Positions 29,198 to 41,561 of a stretch of 64,000 nt of DNA are shown here, piece after piece. Position numbers and translations under genes: made by a program. This DNA comes from an uncultured Methanosarcinaceae archaeon. GTDB lineage: Archaea > Halobacteriota > Methanosarcinia > Methanosarcinales > Methanosarcinaceae. The notes beneath the pieces are model-generated. The model did no database searches. It was not told where the DNA came from and saw nothing but the letters and a program-made list of their open reading frames with translations. The stretch is taken from positions 736,001-800,000 of the forward strand of contig CAWJYV010000008.1 of assembly GCA_963847185.1 (NCBI GenBank), given 5' to 3'. How positions within the stretch are numbered: the stretch's first letter is position 1; each line of letters begins with the position of its first letter.

Positions 29198-31111
29198 TCA
29201 CAGTAATCTAACAGTTTCCAGGTTTGTAAGAGCTCTGGTCTCAATCTTGAGTTTCTTGTATATAGAACTTGCCAGGTCGACACAGGCTTTTTCATCCCCG
29301 TGTTCCGTGAACACTCTTTCAGGACGGGGTTGCATTTTCTTTATGTACTCCATAAGCTGTCTCCTGTCTGAGTGTCCTGAGAAGCCGTCTACGACCTGCA
29401 CTTCCATATTCATTTTAAGTATCTCTGTGCCCCCGCCTTTTCCTGGCATGGGGATTTCCTTCCATCCTTTCTGGATCCTGCGTCCTACAGTCCCATCTGC
29501 CTGGTACCCTACAAATACAAGGGTATTTCGGGGGTCTTCGGCAAAGGCTTTGAAGTAATCCATAACCGGTCCTCCGTTCATCATGCCTGAAGTAGAGAGA
29601 ATTACACAGGCGTGAGGATTCTGAATTATCTTCTGGCGAGCTTCGTGAGAGTCAACAGGTTTGAAGCATTCGGAAAGGAAGGGATTCTGGCCTTTCTGGA
29701 AGATCAATTTCCTCAGGTCATTGTTCAGGTATTCAGGATGTGTCGCATGGATTGCAGTTGCTTCCATGATCATTCCATCCAGGTAGACCGGGACCTCAGG
29801 AATCAAACCTTTCCTTATAGACTCTTCGAGCACTATCATTACTTCCTGGCTTCTACCTACAGCAAAAGCAGGGATTAGGGCGATTCCTCCACGTTCTACT
29901 GTGTTCTTGACTACCATTTGCAGATGTCTTTCCGCGTCTTTAAGCGCAGGCTGGAAAGCATTGGCGTTTCCATAGGTAGCCTCGCTGACCACAGTTTCAA
30001 CTCTCGGGAATTTATTTACAGCAGGATCAAAAAGCCTGGTTTTCTCGTATTTGTAGTCTCCCGTAAAGACTACGTTATGAAGCCCGTCTCCGATATGGAA
30101 GTGGGAAATTGCCGAGCCAAGGATATGACCTGCGTTGTGGAAAGTCAGCTTGATATCAGGCGAAATATCCGTTACTTCTTCGTAGTCCAGAGGAATCGTG
30201 TGCTTGAGAGTTTTTGTTATCATTCCTGATTCGTAGGGAATCTTCTTCCCTTCTTTTGCTGCCACGTCGATATAGTCTAGCTGGAGCAAAACCATCAGGT
30301 CTCTTGTGGGAGGCGTGCAATATACAGGGCCTTCATATCCATATTTGAAAAGCAGAGGGACAAGTCCCTGATGATCCATGTGTGCATGAGTAACTATCAC
30401 GGCATCTATCTGGTTTAAGGGAAAAACTTCAGGAACATAAAGATAAGGAGTCATGTTTTCGTCCGAGCCTACGTTGACTCCGCAGTCGATCAGGATTCTG
30501 GACTCTGGAGTTGAAAGCAGGAAACAGCTCCTTCCAACTTCTTTGCATCCCCCAAGAGATGTAACTCTTACCCACTGATCTTTAGAAGTACACTCTCTGT
30601 GAATTTTCCTCCCCACGGACTTAAGGATTTCTTTTCTTTCTCTGAGGTTGTTCTTCATGAATTCCCGGATATTTTTTACTGTACGGGATTTAATCGGAGG
30701 AGTCCTGACAACTTTTGGAATCCAGCCGATTTGTTTTGTAATCTCTCTAAGGGTCGCTCCGTGCTTTCCTATCACAAGGCCCGGTTTTTCGGCTTCAATA
30801 ACCACTTCTCCGGAATCGGGGTCAAAATAGTAGCTTGAGATTACTGACTCTTTTGGAACAACTTCTTCGATTATAGAAATAGAGTCCTCGGGAGTTGCAA
30901 GTACTCTTGGATCCGGGCGCATAGCTATCCTTGTCCTGAGCTCTTTTGCCAGGTTGCGAATGATGTTCCCGTCATCTGCGAATTTGCGGGGCTCTTCAGT
31001 GTATAACACAAGTTGAGGGCCCTCGAATTCTACATCAGTAATTGTAACTCCTGAGGGTAAATTTTTCTCAATTTTATGTTTGAGGTCTAATAGCACGTCT
31101 TCAATAGGCAT
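29198..31111 (-). CDS. fttA: beta-CASP ribonuclease aCPSF1 / transcription termination factor FttA
   Basis: N-terminal KH domains, THAHMDH, AGHILGS and FSGHSD motifs; 637 aa; next to psmB. Confidence 0.95.
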   Translation of the reverse strand: MPIEDVLLDLKHKIEKNLPSGVTITDVEFEGPQLVLYTEEPRKFADDGNIIRNLAKELRTRIAMRPDPRVLATPEDSISIIEEVVPKESVISSYYFDPDSGEVVIEAEKPGLVIGKHGATLREITKQIGWIPKVVRTPPIKSRTVKNIREFMKNNLRERKEILKSVGRKIHRECTSKDQWVRVTSLGGCKEVGRSCFLLSTPESRILIDCGVNVGSDENMTPYLYVPEVFPLNQIDAVIVTHAHMDHQGLVPLLFKYGYEGPVYCTPPTRDLMVLLQLDYIDVAAKEGKKIPYESGMITKTLKHTIPLDYEEVTDISPDIKLTFHNAGHILGSAISHFHIGDGLHNVVFTGDYKYEKTRLFDPAVNKFPRVETVVSEATYGNANAFQPALKDAERHLQMVVKNTVERGGIALIPAFAVGRSQEVMIVLEESIRKGLIPEVPVYLDGMIMEATAIHATHPEYLNNDLRKLIFQKGQNPFLSECFKPVDSHEARQKIIQNPHACVILSTSGMMNGGPVMDYFKAFAEDPRNTLVFVGYQADGTVGRRIQKGWKEIPMPGKGGGTEILKMNMEVQVVDGFSGHSDRRQLMEYIKKMQPRPERVFTEHGDEKACVDLASSIYKKLKIETRALTNLETVRLL

Positions 31112-31219
31112 TAAGAATCTTCCTTTTTATCAAAAAATGAAAAAGTATGTGAGTATTAAAAAAAATAATAAATTGAAAAAGATGTTAGTTTAAGTTAAAA
31201 TAAAAACCAACAATTTAAG

Positions 31220-31861
31220 TTATTTAGCTAATGAAGCCCTTCTGGATTTTACTTCTTCAGGGTCCAGTCTAGTGAATGCCTCCTTGGTAATTACCACCAC
31301 ATCGATATTTTCTCCAGATGCTGAATCCCTTTTAGTTGCATTGTGAATAGCTCGGATAGTAAGATCAAGGCCTTCCTTTACAGTCATGTTTTCTCTATAT
31401 TGGTCCTCAAGCACACCATAAGCCATGGGAGAGCCAGAACCTGTAGCTGAGATCCTTGTCTCTTCTATGCTTCCTCCAAGAGGGTCGAGTGAGTAAATGG
31501 CAGGTCCATTTTTGTCAACTCCTCCTATAAGGAGCTGGACCATCATTGGGTAGTAACGGTTAGCATTTAAGAAATTTGACATCAAGGTTGCAATTCCTTT
31601 GATTGTCATTGTTTCGTTCCTGCGCATCTTGTAGAGCTGTGATTCTACATTTACAAGCCGCACAAGCTGCTGGGCGTCCCCTACCGAACCGGCAGTGGTC
31701 ATTCCTACAAGGTCATCGATCTGGTAAACCTTCTTTGCAGTTTTACTTGCGATGAAATTCCCCATTGTAGCTCTCTGTTCGCTTGCGAGCACGATACCAT
31801 CGGTACAAACTACTCCTACGGTAGTTGTGCCCTTTAAATAGTTGTCATTATCCATAAACAT
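31220..31861 (-). CDS. psmB: Proteasome subunit beta
   Basis: Propeptide followed by KG|TTTVGV; [11 protein letters not shown] and RDSASG motifs. Confidence 0.96.
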   Translation of the reverse strand: MFMDNDNYLKGTTTVGVVCTDGIVLASEQRATMGNFIASKTAKKVYQIDDLVGMTTAGSVGDAQQLVRLVNVESQLYKMRRNETMTIKGIATLMSNFLNANRYYPMMVQLLIGGVDKNGPAIYSLDPLGGSIEETRISATGSGSPMAYGVLEDQYRENMTVKEGLDLTIRAIHNATKRDSASGENIDVVVITKEAFTRLDPEEVKSRRASLAK

Positions 31862-32107
31862 ACCCTCATAGTATAAGTTGAAAATGAGAAAATATTGCTA
31901 AAAAAAATGTTTTAGTGAGGTGAGCATTTTCAGCTTAAATCGCAGGATTTAGCAATCTACTATCTCATTATTAATATCGATATATATAAGTTTTCCTCTT
32001 TTCATTACTAAACGAATCCGAATTTAAATTTGGAGAAATATTTCGCAAAATAATTGTTTTTTCGTTTTTTTAACCGGATATCCATACTTCCTTATATCCT
32101 GAAAAAT

Positions 32108-32626
32108 CTAAGATTTAAATGTAGAGCCCTCTACTTCTTCTGCGAGGTTCTTTACTCTGTGAATCACCTTTTCTGATACCTCTTTCTGACGCATGAGTTT
32201 AATTCTTTCTTCTATGGTTACCCTTTTTGTTCCCTTTACAAGGTTATCTGCATGGGCGACAATTTTTTCTTCAAGGCTGCGTGGGAAATAATCATCCTCT
32301 GGGAGCCCTAATTCCCTGGCTTCTTCTTTTGAGATTCCTGCCCCTATATGCCTTTTTATTATTTCGGAAATCTCAGGCTCTATACCTCTGGTTTTAGCCA
32401 GTTTAAAACCTTCTACTGCGTGAAAGATTTCATGAGTTCGGCATCTCCCTAAGTCGTGTAGAAGAGCTCCGACTTCAACCATCTCAAGATTTACTTCATG
32501 CCCTGATTCTTTTACTTTTTCTGCAATCTCAACTGCAAGAGAGGAAACCTTCTTGCAGTGCTCTATCACATTGGGTGTGCATCCTGCTTCCTCAAGCAGC
32601 TTCATCGCTTCTGCTCGGGTGGTCAA
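32108..32626 (-). CDS. HD-domain protein (TIGR00295-type)
   Basis: H..LLHDLG..RHIGAGI..EEKIVAHAD motifs. Confidence 0.88.
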   Translation of the reverse strand: MTTRAEAMKLLEEAGCTPNVIEHCKKVSSLAVEIAEKVKESGHEVNLEMVEVGALLHDLGRCRTHEIFHAVEGFKLAKTRGIEPEISEIIKRHIGAGISKEEARELGLPEDDYFPRSLEEKIVAHADNLVKGTKRVTIEERIKLMRQKEVSEKVIHRVKNLAEEVEGSTFKS

Positions 32627-32637
32627 GATTGATCACT

Positions 32638-33141
32638 TTATGTTGAACTCAGGGCTTCAACCCGTTTTTTCAGAACTTCTACAAAGCGAGAATTGTCGTA
32701 GTAGACCAGGTCTTCTCCACACATTGGGCAGAGAAACTCGGTTTCTGTAGCTTCGTCAAAAAGGAGGCGAACACAGCCCTGCGGGCACGTATAGAAAACA
32801 TTATTTTCTTCAAATTCGAGGCGAGTCTTCAGATTTCGTGTCAGTTTTTTCTTCTCCCTCATAAGCTGATGTTCTATGCCCGAGAAGTCCAGGTGCCAGA
32901 GGTATGTCAACCATCCGCTGTTTGAATCTCTTTCCCTGCGGCAGATTGCAAATTTATTTTCATAAAGTATGAAAAGAGTTCTTCTTACAGTATTAAGTAG
33001 AATCCCGCTCTTCTGCGCAATCTCTTCATCTGTAACCTCGCCTTCCGGCATTTCTTCTATCATTTTGAGCCCTTCTTCCCCAACAAGACTCATGAGGTAT
33101 CCTCTAATTACCTTGTCATCTAATTCGACCAATGTGTTCAC
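32638..33141 (-). CDS. tfe: Transcription factor E (TFE alpha)
   Basis: Winged helix TDEEIA..LNTVRRTL..GWLTYLW and Zn ribbon CPQGC..CPMCG. Confidence 0.93.
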   Translation of the reverse strand: MNTLVELDDKVIRGYLMSLVGEEGLKMIEEMPEGEVTDEEIAQKSGILLNTVRRTLFILYENKFAICRRERDSNSGWLTYLWHLDFSGIEHQLMREKKKLTRNLKTRLEFEENNVFYTCPQGCVRLLFDEATETEFLCPMCGEDLVYYDNSRFVEVLKKRVEALSST

Positions 33142-33280
33142 CTCAAATCCCTATATGAATTACACATACCAGTATTAAAATTTATATTCTATTTTTTCCA
33201 GAAGTTTTTTGCCACTGGAAAAGTCGTACTTTCGATAACTGAATTTAATAATTTTATAGCATAAAGTTCAGGTATTCAAT

Positions 33281-34447
33281 CTACTTTTTCGCTTGATCTT
33301 CAATAAAAGTCTTTATCCTCTTTACTCCTTTCTCAAGGGACAGGACTGCCTCTTCCCTGGTAGGGGTACAAGAGAGAAGGGAAGTAAGAGGCTTTTCTAC
33401 TTCCACAATAGTCCCCTCTAAGGGTATATCTGCGCCCTTTTCTCTAAGAATGACGTCCATGAGCTTTCTGTCTATAAAAAGTTCTCGATCCGAGTAGATT
33501 ATTGCCCTTGCAGCAAAACATTTTGCTTCGGTTTTCTTTGGGAGTTCACCTCTAAAACAGCCAGCATGAGCCTCAAAAACGTTAATATTCATTGCTTTTT
33601 CTACTGTGTCCAGGCTTCCCTGGAACCTGGGGTTTATTTCAAGCACAACAGGGCCATTGTCTGTAACAAGGAAGTCTACGCCGTTTGAACCTAGAAGACC
33701 AAATTCCAGCATCATTTCTTCGGCAAGCGCCTCCATCTCTTCTGCCTGCTTAGTCTTAAAAGGAGTTATGTTCCCGCAGTAGGCAAAGGGAAGTCTGGAA
33801 AGCCAGGATACTCCTATTAATTGCTCATTAATAGCCAGTGAAAGAGCTTCATTCTTTGTGGAAAGCAAAGAGACACTTGAAGGGGTACCTTCCAAATAAT
33901 CTTGAATAACTACCTCATTTTCATTAAAGTCAGGATCCAGTCTGGAGAATTCCTCCAGGATAAGTAATAACTCCTGTTTATTCCTGGCAACCCTATTGAG
34001 AAATCCTCCTCCACCTAAAACAGGTTTAACCATCACCGGATATTCTAATGCATCCAATTCTTCCGGAGAATAGCATTGAGGGTGAGGAATTCCAAGGGTT
34101 TCAAGCCTTTTTGAAAGGTAAAGCTTGTTTGAGGCTTTCTGCATAGCATCAAGGGAGCTTGCAAGCACAGGACAGGAAAAGCTATCGTGATCAATATTTT
34201 CCAGGCCAGAACCCAGCACAATGGCATCAAATTCCAGTCCAAAAGCATCCATTTTAGCCTTTATCCAGGAAGGATCAAGTTGATGTAGTTCCTCTAAACT
34301 ATTGTACTCCAGAAGAGTAGATGCGTGTGCACATTCCTGCAGGTCAAGATCTTGGAAGGAATCTATGGAGCAGACTGTATAGCCAGCTCTTCTTGCAGAA
34401 CAGACGATATTCCGGGTGCTAAATCCGATTACAAGGATATTCTGCAT
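33281..34447 (-). CDS. ATP-grasp domain protein
   Basis: VKPVLGGGG, QDYLEG, GVDF and LEINPRFQGS motifs. Confidence 0.88.
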   Translation of the reverse strand: MQNILVIGFSTRNIVCSARRAGYTVCSIDSFQDLDLQECAHASTLLEYNSLEELHQLDPSWIKAKMDAFGLEFDAIVLGSGLENIDHDSFSCPVLASSLDAMQKASNKLYLSKRLETLGIPHPQCYSPEELDALEYPVMVKPVLGGGGFLNRVARNKQELLLILEEFSRLDPDFNENEVVIQDYLEGTPSSVSLLSTKNEALSLAINEQLIGVSWLSRLPFAYCGNITPFKTKQAEEMEALAEEMMLEFGLLGSNGVDFLVTDNGPVVLEINPRFQGSLDTVEKAMNINVFEAHAGCFRGELPKKTEAKCFAARAIIYSDRELFIDRKLMDVILREKGADIPLEGTIVEVEKPLTSLLSCTPTREEAVLSLEKGVKRIKTFIEDQAKK

Positions 34448-34465
34448 ACTTCCTCGGTGTTTTCC

Positions 34466-35530
34466 TCATTTTACTTTTGGGATCTCAGAGTGTGCCAGCG
34501 CAAAGATTCCGTAAGGAGTTTTCAGGACAGGAATTTCACTTCCTGCTTCAGCACTGAATGACACCGGCTTCTTTATAGCGACAGTCTGATAAGTTTCAGG
34601 GTCAAGCACAAGAATTGCATTTTCTTCAATTGAAACCAGAACTGTAAGGACTGCATCCCCTATATTGGCTATCTTTTCTGCACCTTTCAATTCCTCTGGA
34701 GTTGAGATATATCTGGACCCATCCTCAAGGGAAATGCTATTGACTTTTTTTCCTGAACTTTTGATCTGGATAGTCCTTCCCCTGAACCTTATCACATCTC
34801 CGGGCCTGAATTCGGGGAGACGCATAGCAAAAGTAATCCTATAAAGGTTTTTTCCATCCTTCATTCCTACAAGGGTAGGTGATTCGGAAAAACTTCCTCC
34901 AAGTTCGGAACTTATCAACCTGCAGACCTGTCTGCTGGCATTCATCGAACCCATATAAAGGTCGATTCCTTCCTTTTGTTCCAGGATATCACTGATAAAC
35001 GCGAGGCGATCACCTTTTTTTCTCATACTCTCCAGGGCTTCCCTGGCGATATCCATACATCGTTTTTTCTCTTCTTCAGTTGGAAACCTGCCTGCTGCCC
35101 GGACTTGAATTATTGCTTCAAAGTATCCACCTGACTCTCTACTGCACATATCACACGCTGTACGCTGGATTCTTACTTCGGTTTCAGCCTCTGCATGAAC
35201 ATGTTCATCTCTAACTATTGCATCGACCTCAGCCCTTACTATATATATATGGGGTGTAATTTCCCTGGGCTCGAGATAGATCTCCACATCTTTTGCCTCA
35301 CTGTGAATAAAAAGGGCATTTTCCACAGCTTTTAGCACTACATCTTCAACGTTACCTATATCTTCCCATCTGCTTCTATGGAAGTATGCTCCGCACTTTG
35401 AACATATCCTTATATGAAGGACAAGAGGCAGTTCTATGAGTTTAAAGGTTTCAAAAAAGCAGTTCCTGCAAACGGAATCAAAAAGTTTATTGCATTCGCT
35501 GCCGCATTTAGGGCACGTAATGGAATTCAT
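34466..35530 (-). CDS. NMD3-family ribosome biogenesis protein
   Basis: Four CxxC pairs and CDMCSRESGGYFEAIIQVR. Confidence 0.9.
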   Translation of the reverse strand: MNSITCPKCGSECNKLFDSVCRNCFFETFKLIELPLVLHIRICSKCGAYFHRSRWEDIGNVEDVVLKAVENALFIHSEAKDVEIYLEPREITPHIYIVRAEVDAIVRDEHVHAEAETEVRIQRTACDMCSRESGGYFEAIIQVRAAGRFPTEEEKKRCMDIAREALESMRKKGDRLAFISDILEQKEGIDLYMGSMNASRQVCRLISSELGGSFSESPTLVGMKDGKNLYRITFAMRLPEFRPGDVIRFRGRTIQIKSSGKKVNSISLEDGSRYISTPEELKGAEKIANIGDAVLTVLVSIEENAILVLDPETYQTVAIKKPVSFSAEAGSEIPVLKTPYGIFALAHSEIPKVK

Positions 35531-35838
35531 CTGTAATCCTTACTTATAGTCTTCTCCGAATAGTAAATTCTTGGTATTCAGGAAATAAGTTTCCTGCAGT
35601 ATAAAACCTGAGCAGTTCCGTTGTTAAGAACGTTCATGCTATTTAAGATAGCTGGATTTGCTGATCTTATTTTGAAATCCAGGCCCCCTATTTTTCTGGA
35701 CTGTAAAACCCGCAAAAAAATGATATAATTCATATTTATTGCAAAAAAATATAGTTCAGGTTTCCATTAACTATGGATTTTTATTCTATAAATATTTTTC
35801 ATCCGAGTGGCTTCCTGAATTGTCGCCCGAGTTTCGCT

Positions 35839-36043
35839 TCGGGAGCACGAGGTCCTTTTCGCTTCGCTCAAGAGGACTATACTTATGGCTTAGAATCTCG
35901 AATTGCGCCTCGGGAGTACGCTGTCCTTTTCGCTTTGCTCAAGAGGACTATACTTATGGCTTAGAATCTCGAATTGCGCCTCGGGAGTACGCTGTCCTTT
36001 TCGCTTTGCTCAAGAGGTCTATACTTATGGCTTAAAATCCCGA
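35839..36043. repeat. Tandem array, 71-bp period, ~2.9 copies, two hairpins per unit
   Basis: GTCCTTTTCGCTTYGCTCAAGAGGWC starts at 35852, 35923 and 35994. The first two are followed by identical TATACTTATGGCTTAGAATCTCGAATTGCGCCTCGGGAGTACGCT; the third is followed by a diverging copy. Confidence 0.95.
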
Positions 36044-36261
36044 TTGTAGTTTCTAATCCAAATTGCTCGTCGGGATCTATAGCTTTCTTTTTTCTCTACA
36101 GATTTTTTACAACGTATTATTAGGTTAGTTCATAAAGTCGTTTTTACTTAGAAAAAATATTGGAAATATAAGAAAACTAAGCTTATTGAAAACTAGACTT
36201 TTAAAAAGCTAATTGATTGCCTTATATAAGTTGGAATGAAGATAGACTGAATCTTAATTCT

Positions 36262-36296
36262 AAAAAGAAAAGAGTTCCGTGTCAGAGAGACACGGA
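36262..36296 (-). terminator. Putative terminator of the cdh operon
   Basis: Perfect 8-bp hairpin TCCGTGTC/GACACGGA followed on the minus strand by ACTCTTTTCTTTTT. Confidence 0.7.
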
Positions 36297-36325
36297 TTTG
36301 TGTTTTAAAATGCATTTCTGATTAT

Positions 36326-37735
36326 TTATTTTGGAGGCCAGTTCTTCTCCATCCAGCCTGGGAGCCTTCCGGAGTCCATTGGACCAACCATAACTCTTAC
36401 GCCAAGTTTGTCCTCAAGATCACCCTGTAGACGGGCAGCAAGACCCGGAATAACTACACTGTTGTGGGTAACATCTTTATGGATGTCAAAGCCTGACTTA
36501 TCAAAGGAGTCCTTTACTTTGTCCGCGCTCAGCTGGCCACCGGCAGCGGCTGCTTCTACACCAATACCATCGGTGTTAACTGCAAGCAGCCAGCAGTTGA
36601 TGCCATTTGAGGCAAGGTCGCTCTCTACTGTGTAGTAGGTAAGAGCAAAGTTTGTTGTGAAGAGAACTGGGGAGTTCTCGTCCGGGGTTCCTACCTTATA
36701 CATCTTCGAGTCCACAGCGACAGGAGACCTCGGGTCGGTGTAGATTGTCTCGGCCAGGTGCACTTCAGGCATGGTGGCATATGGCTCCATGCTGTGGAGA
36801 AGCATAATGTCTCCGTACCTGATAGTAAAGACCGAGGCAAGAACGGTTTCCCAGTAGGAGGCACTGACAGGGTCCGAAATTCCAGCCATCCAGGCAGTAA
36901 GCGGCATAGCCATGATCGGATATGCGATCTCGGTGTCGCCCATAATGCCTGCTCTCCTGATCTTCAGGAAGTTAGTGAAGGTATCCTTCAGGCCCTTGCC
37001 GCTTGGGTAGGTTCCTGGGTCGAGAACAATGTCCTTAATACCTGCATCTGCAAAGGTTTTTGCGAGGCTCTTAAGGGCATCAAGGTCGTTGAAAGCTGAG
37101 ACTACTACAGGCACTTTATATTCAAGAGCCAGTTCTCCTACTTCTTTCCAGTTGTCTTTGTTTGCAGCATAAAGCAGAGGGTTCTTGTCCTTTGCAGCCT
37201 CAAGTCCTGCCTTCAGGACTGCAGGATTAAAGGAACAGAGAATTACGGGCAGTTCTGTGTTTTCTACAACTTTCTTGACAGCTGCTGCAAACTTTGCAGG
37301 ATCATTGGATACAGCTCTTATTGCCACACCGTCGAGGAGCAGGTTGCGTCCGACGTAGAACTTCTTGTAGTTAGTAATCTTCTTAACTCTTTCAACAAGG
37401 GCAGCTTCTTCCATTGTATCAGTAACATCGAAGAACATCTTTGTCTTGTTGAAAAATGTGAGCTTGTGGCGATACAGGACGTCGTCTCCACCGATTTTGG
37501 CAACTCTATCTCCTACTCCGATAGCAACTTCACGGATTTCAGGAGCAAGGAGCCTATCGAGCTCTGCAAGCTTCTTTGCAAATTTCTTCTCTTTAATCAG
37601 GGGAGGACAGTCGGTTGGCTTGCCTGATCTGTCGATCAGCTTGGAGGCAAAGGCCATACAGGTAGGCTCACCACATTCTCCACAGTTGGTCTGAGGAAGG
37701 TACTTGTAAGCTTCTAATGGGCTGTTTATTTTCAT
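36326..37735 (-). CDS. cdhE: ACDS gamma subunit (corrinoid Fe-S protein, large)
   Basis: LPQTNCGECGEPTCMAFA..CP and TTNFALTYYTVESD motifs. Confidence 0.96.
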   Translation of the reverse strand: MKINSPLEAYKYLPQTNCGECGEPTCMAFASKLIDRSGKPTDCPPLIKEKKFAKKLAELDRLLAPEIREVAIGVGDRVAKIGGDDVLYRHKLTFFNKTKMFFDVTDTMEEAALVERVKKITNYKKFYVGRNLLLDGVAIRAVSNDPAKFAAAVKKVVENTELPVILCSFNPAVLKAGLEAAKDKNPLLYAANKDNWKEVGELALEYKVPVVVSAFNDLDALKSLAKTFADAGIKDIVLDPGTYPSGKGLKDTFTNFLKIRRAGIMGDTEIAYPIMAMPLTAWMAGISDPVSASYWETVLASVFTIRYGDIMLLHSMEPYATMPEVHLAETIYTDPRSPVAVDSKMYKVGTPDENSPVLFTTNFALTYYTVESDLASNGINCWLLAVNTDGIGVEAAAAGGQLSADKVKDSFDKSGFDIHKDVTHNSVVIPGLAARLQGDLEDKLGVRVMVGPMDSGRLPGWMEKNWPPK

Positions 37736-37738
37736 GTT

Positions 37739-39064
37739 TTACACCCCCGATCCGATCCAGTTAGCAAGGTCAATAGGTTCTGCTTCAATTGTACCGAAAA
37801 GGGTCTGGGTTATGTGCTTCAGGACAGCAACCGAAGTTGGGTGCATCATCATGAAGAGATCGTTCCCTGCAATGGCAAGAGAGAGACCTGTAACGATTTC
37901 CCAGATCGGACCTCTGTATTCTCTGGGACCCCAGTCCGAGTCTTCCTTAAGTGGAGAGCTAACCATCCAGGATTCACGGGCACCCCATGCATTGGTAGTA
38001 CCTGAGGACATCGGGAAGGTCAGTTCCTCGTCACCCATAAGGGCTGCAAGTCTGATACGTTCCATGTTGGTGTAAGCATAGTCAAGACCATATCCGAGGG
38101 CTGCAGTTGTTGGGTCCATAATGATCCTGTCTCTGGGTACATTGCACTGCTTCATGAGCTTCCTGTTTAATTCCTTCTGGGCGTTCATGTCCAGCTGGGT
38201 CCAGGATAGTACATCATGGTCGTATTTTAGTGCTGCTTCTGCAATTGCAGCATAGTCCAGGTTCAGACTGGCAGATGCAAGGAGGCAGCGTTCACCCTCT
38301 GCAACTTCTGCTGCTCTGGCAAGAACCTCCGGGTCCTTCTGTGGGTTTCCGGAACCGCCTATTGCGATTGGCACATCAACAGCCTGCAGTACCTCTTCGA
38401 CGGTCTTGGCTGCGTCTTTGGGGGAGGTGTCCTTGACTAGCGGGTCGGTTGAAATCAGGTGAATTGTGATCATGTCGGCGTTGAACTTCTCAACGTTCTT
38501 CTTTGCCCATTCTCCAGGGCTGTCCATGACTTCATCATAGTTCTCCTTGACAGCTTTTGCAAGCCCGATCCTCATGTCAAACACGTCAATGGTAACCTGG
38601 TTTCTGTTCGGCATAGGAGCGTCAGGGAAGAATGGAAGGGCTTTTTCGCCACCTACCAGTACCCTCTTGCCACGGCTTCCACCATCTGCAGAGGTGTTGC
38701 CTATTGGGACTTCCTGAATCTGAGTTGTCCATTCTGCAATGTTTGCAACATCGAATTTGGCAGGAATAAGATCCTTAAGTTTCGGGGCTGCCAGAGCAGG
38801 GGATATTCCGGGAGCAGCTGAGGGGGCAGCTGCGGGGGCACCAATGCCTACAGGGACGCCGAACATGCTAGCAAGTCTTCCGAAGTGCTGTGCAAGTACT
38901 GCACTCTCCTGTCCAAGGAGAGCAGCAAGCATCGGGTCAAAGCCGCCTCCGAGTCCACTGAGGTCAATCTCAATGTCCCCTTCTATGGTTACACCTTCAA
39001 GGGCTAATACTTCCACTTCCTTGAACATGTCTGTCATTTCTGATAACTTAATTTTCTTTGCCAT
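37739..39064 (-). CDS. cdhD: ACDS delta subunit (corrinoid Fe-S protein, small)
   Basis: [23 protein letters not shown] motif and operon position. Confidence 0.96.
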   Translation of the reverse strand: MAKKIKLSEMTDMFKEVEVLALEGVTIEGDIEIDLSGLGGGFDPMLAALLGQESAVLAQHFGRLASMFGVPVGIGAPAAAPSAAPGISPALAAPKLKDLIPAKFDVANIAEWTTQIQEVPIGNTSADGGSRGKRVLVGGEKALPFFPDAPMPNRNQVTIDVFDMRIGLAKAVKENYDEVMDSPGEWAKKNVEKFNADMITIHLISTDPLVKDTSPKDAAKTVEEVLQAVDVPIAIGGSGNPQKDPEVLARAAEVAEGERCLLASASLNLDYAAIAEAALKYDHDVLSWTQLDMNAQKELNRKLMKQCNVPRDRIIMDPTTAALGYGLDYAYTNMERIRLAALMGDEELTFPMSSGTTNAWGARESWMVSSPLKEDSDWGPREYRGPIWEIVTGLSLAIAGNDLFMMMHPTSVAVLKHITQTLFGTIEAEPIDLANWIGSGV

Positions 39065-39302
39065 GTAAACCTCACCTTTTCCGTAAGTTTTTCGTTTTGA
39101 TGAGTGACTGAATAAATAAAGAATAATACAGGTTTTACTTTCAGATTCTTCCCTTATATGGAAAGAAGGATTGGAGCAGAAGTAAATCCTGTTCTGTTAC
39201 TTTACATGATTTTGAATACCATTTCAAGCCTTGAAACGGGCAAGAACTTTGTTTTCCTTTCCGGCACGACTTCCACAATATAGTGTTGGTAAGAAGCCAG
39301 AG

Positions 39303-40064
39303 TTAAAATTCCAGCTTTTGTACTATTTTTTCGACTTCTATTGCAGCAACCGAGTCATCAGGAATTTCGAAGAGGGGTATACCTTTTATATCCATTTCCT
39401 CGATTTTCGGGTCGAGGGGGACCATCCCAATCAGGTTAAGTTTCAGGTCCTCAGCCAGTTTGACAAGTTTGTCCCTGTTAGAGTCTGTAACCTTATTTGC
39501 AATAACATGAATTCTGCTAACATTTGAGTCCAGTTCATCCACAAGTTCTCGAATCCTTTCAGCAGTCCTGAATCCCCTTCGAGAGGCATCAGTTACGACA
39601 ATAAGGTCATCGATATCCCGGATGATCTTCCGGCTGAAATGCTCAAGCCCAGCTTCAGCATCAATAACAACTACATCGTAATTCACGATCAGTTTATCCA
39701 TGATGCCCCGAAGGAGGTTGTTTACATAACAGTAACAGCCTGAACCTTCGGGTCGGCCCATGACCAGGAGGTCATAGCCAGGCATTTCTTCAATGATCTC
39801 ATAGACCTTGCTCTTAAGTATGGACTCCTTGTTCATATCGGGGTTATCAGGCCTTGGTTTTGTAATTTCAGCCTGCAGGAACTCCTTTGCATCTCCGATT
39901 GTTTTTACGTCCTCACAGCCAAGGGTTTCTGGCAGGTTAGTATCTGCATCTGCATCAACTGCCAGTGTAAATATCCCTTTTTTGGAAAGGGAGCGGATCA
40001 AAAGAGCCGCTACCGCCGTTTTACCAGTTCCACCTTTTCCCGTTATTGCAATTACTTTTGTCAC
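39303..40064 (-). CDS. cooC: CooC/AcsF-type nickel-insertion ATPase
   Basis: GKGGTGKT, GCYC and DAEAGLEH motifs; GTG start at 40064 preferred (ATG at 40076 is an alternative). Confidence 0.9.
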   Translation of the reverse strand: MTKVIAITGKGGTGKTAVAALLIRSLSKKGIFTLAVDADADTNLPETLGCEDVKTIGDAKEFLQAEITKPRPDNPDMNKESILKSKVYEIIEEMPGYDLLVMGRPEGSGCYCYVNNLLRGIMDKLIVNYDVVVIDAEAGLEHFSRKIIRDIDDLIVVTDASRRGFRTAERIRELVDELDSNVSRIHVIANKVTDSNRDKLVKLAEDLKLNLIGMVPLDPKIEEMDIKGIPLFEIPDDSVAAIEVEKIVQKLEF

Positions 40065-40124
40065 AGAATACCCCATTGGATTGTTTTTCGTCTTAGGCGA
40101 TTACCTGTCGTCACTCAATTATTT

Positions 40125-41537
<1,413 letters not shown>

Positions 41538-41561
41538 TATTTTTCGCCTCCTAAATCCAAA

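Noticed and set aside
35739-36035. ORFs of 98 and 63 aa across the tandem array
   Set aside because: Their translations just mirror the 71-bp repeat in shifting frames, with no RBS or protein-like features.
35839-36043. CRISPR array
   Set aside because: The sequences between the palindromes are identical rather than unique spacers, and there are no cas genes in the window.
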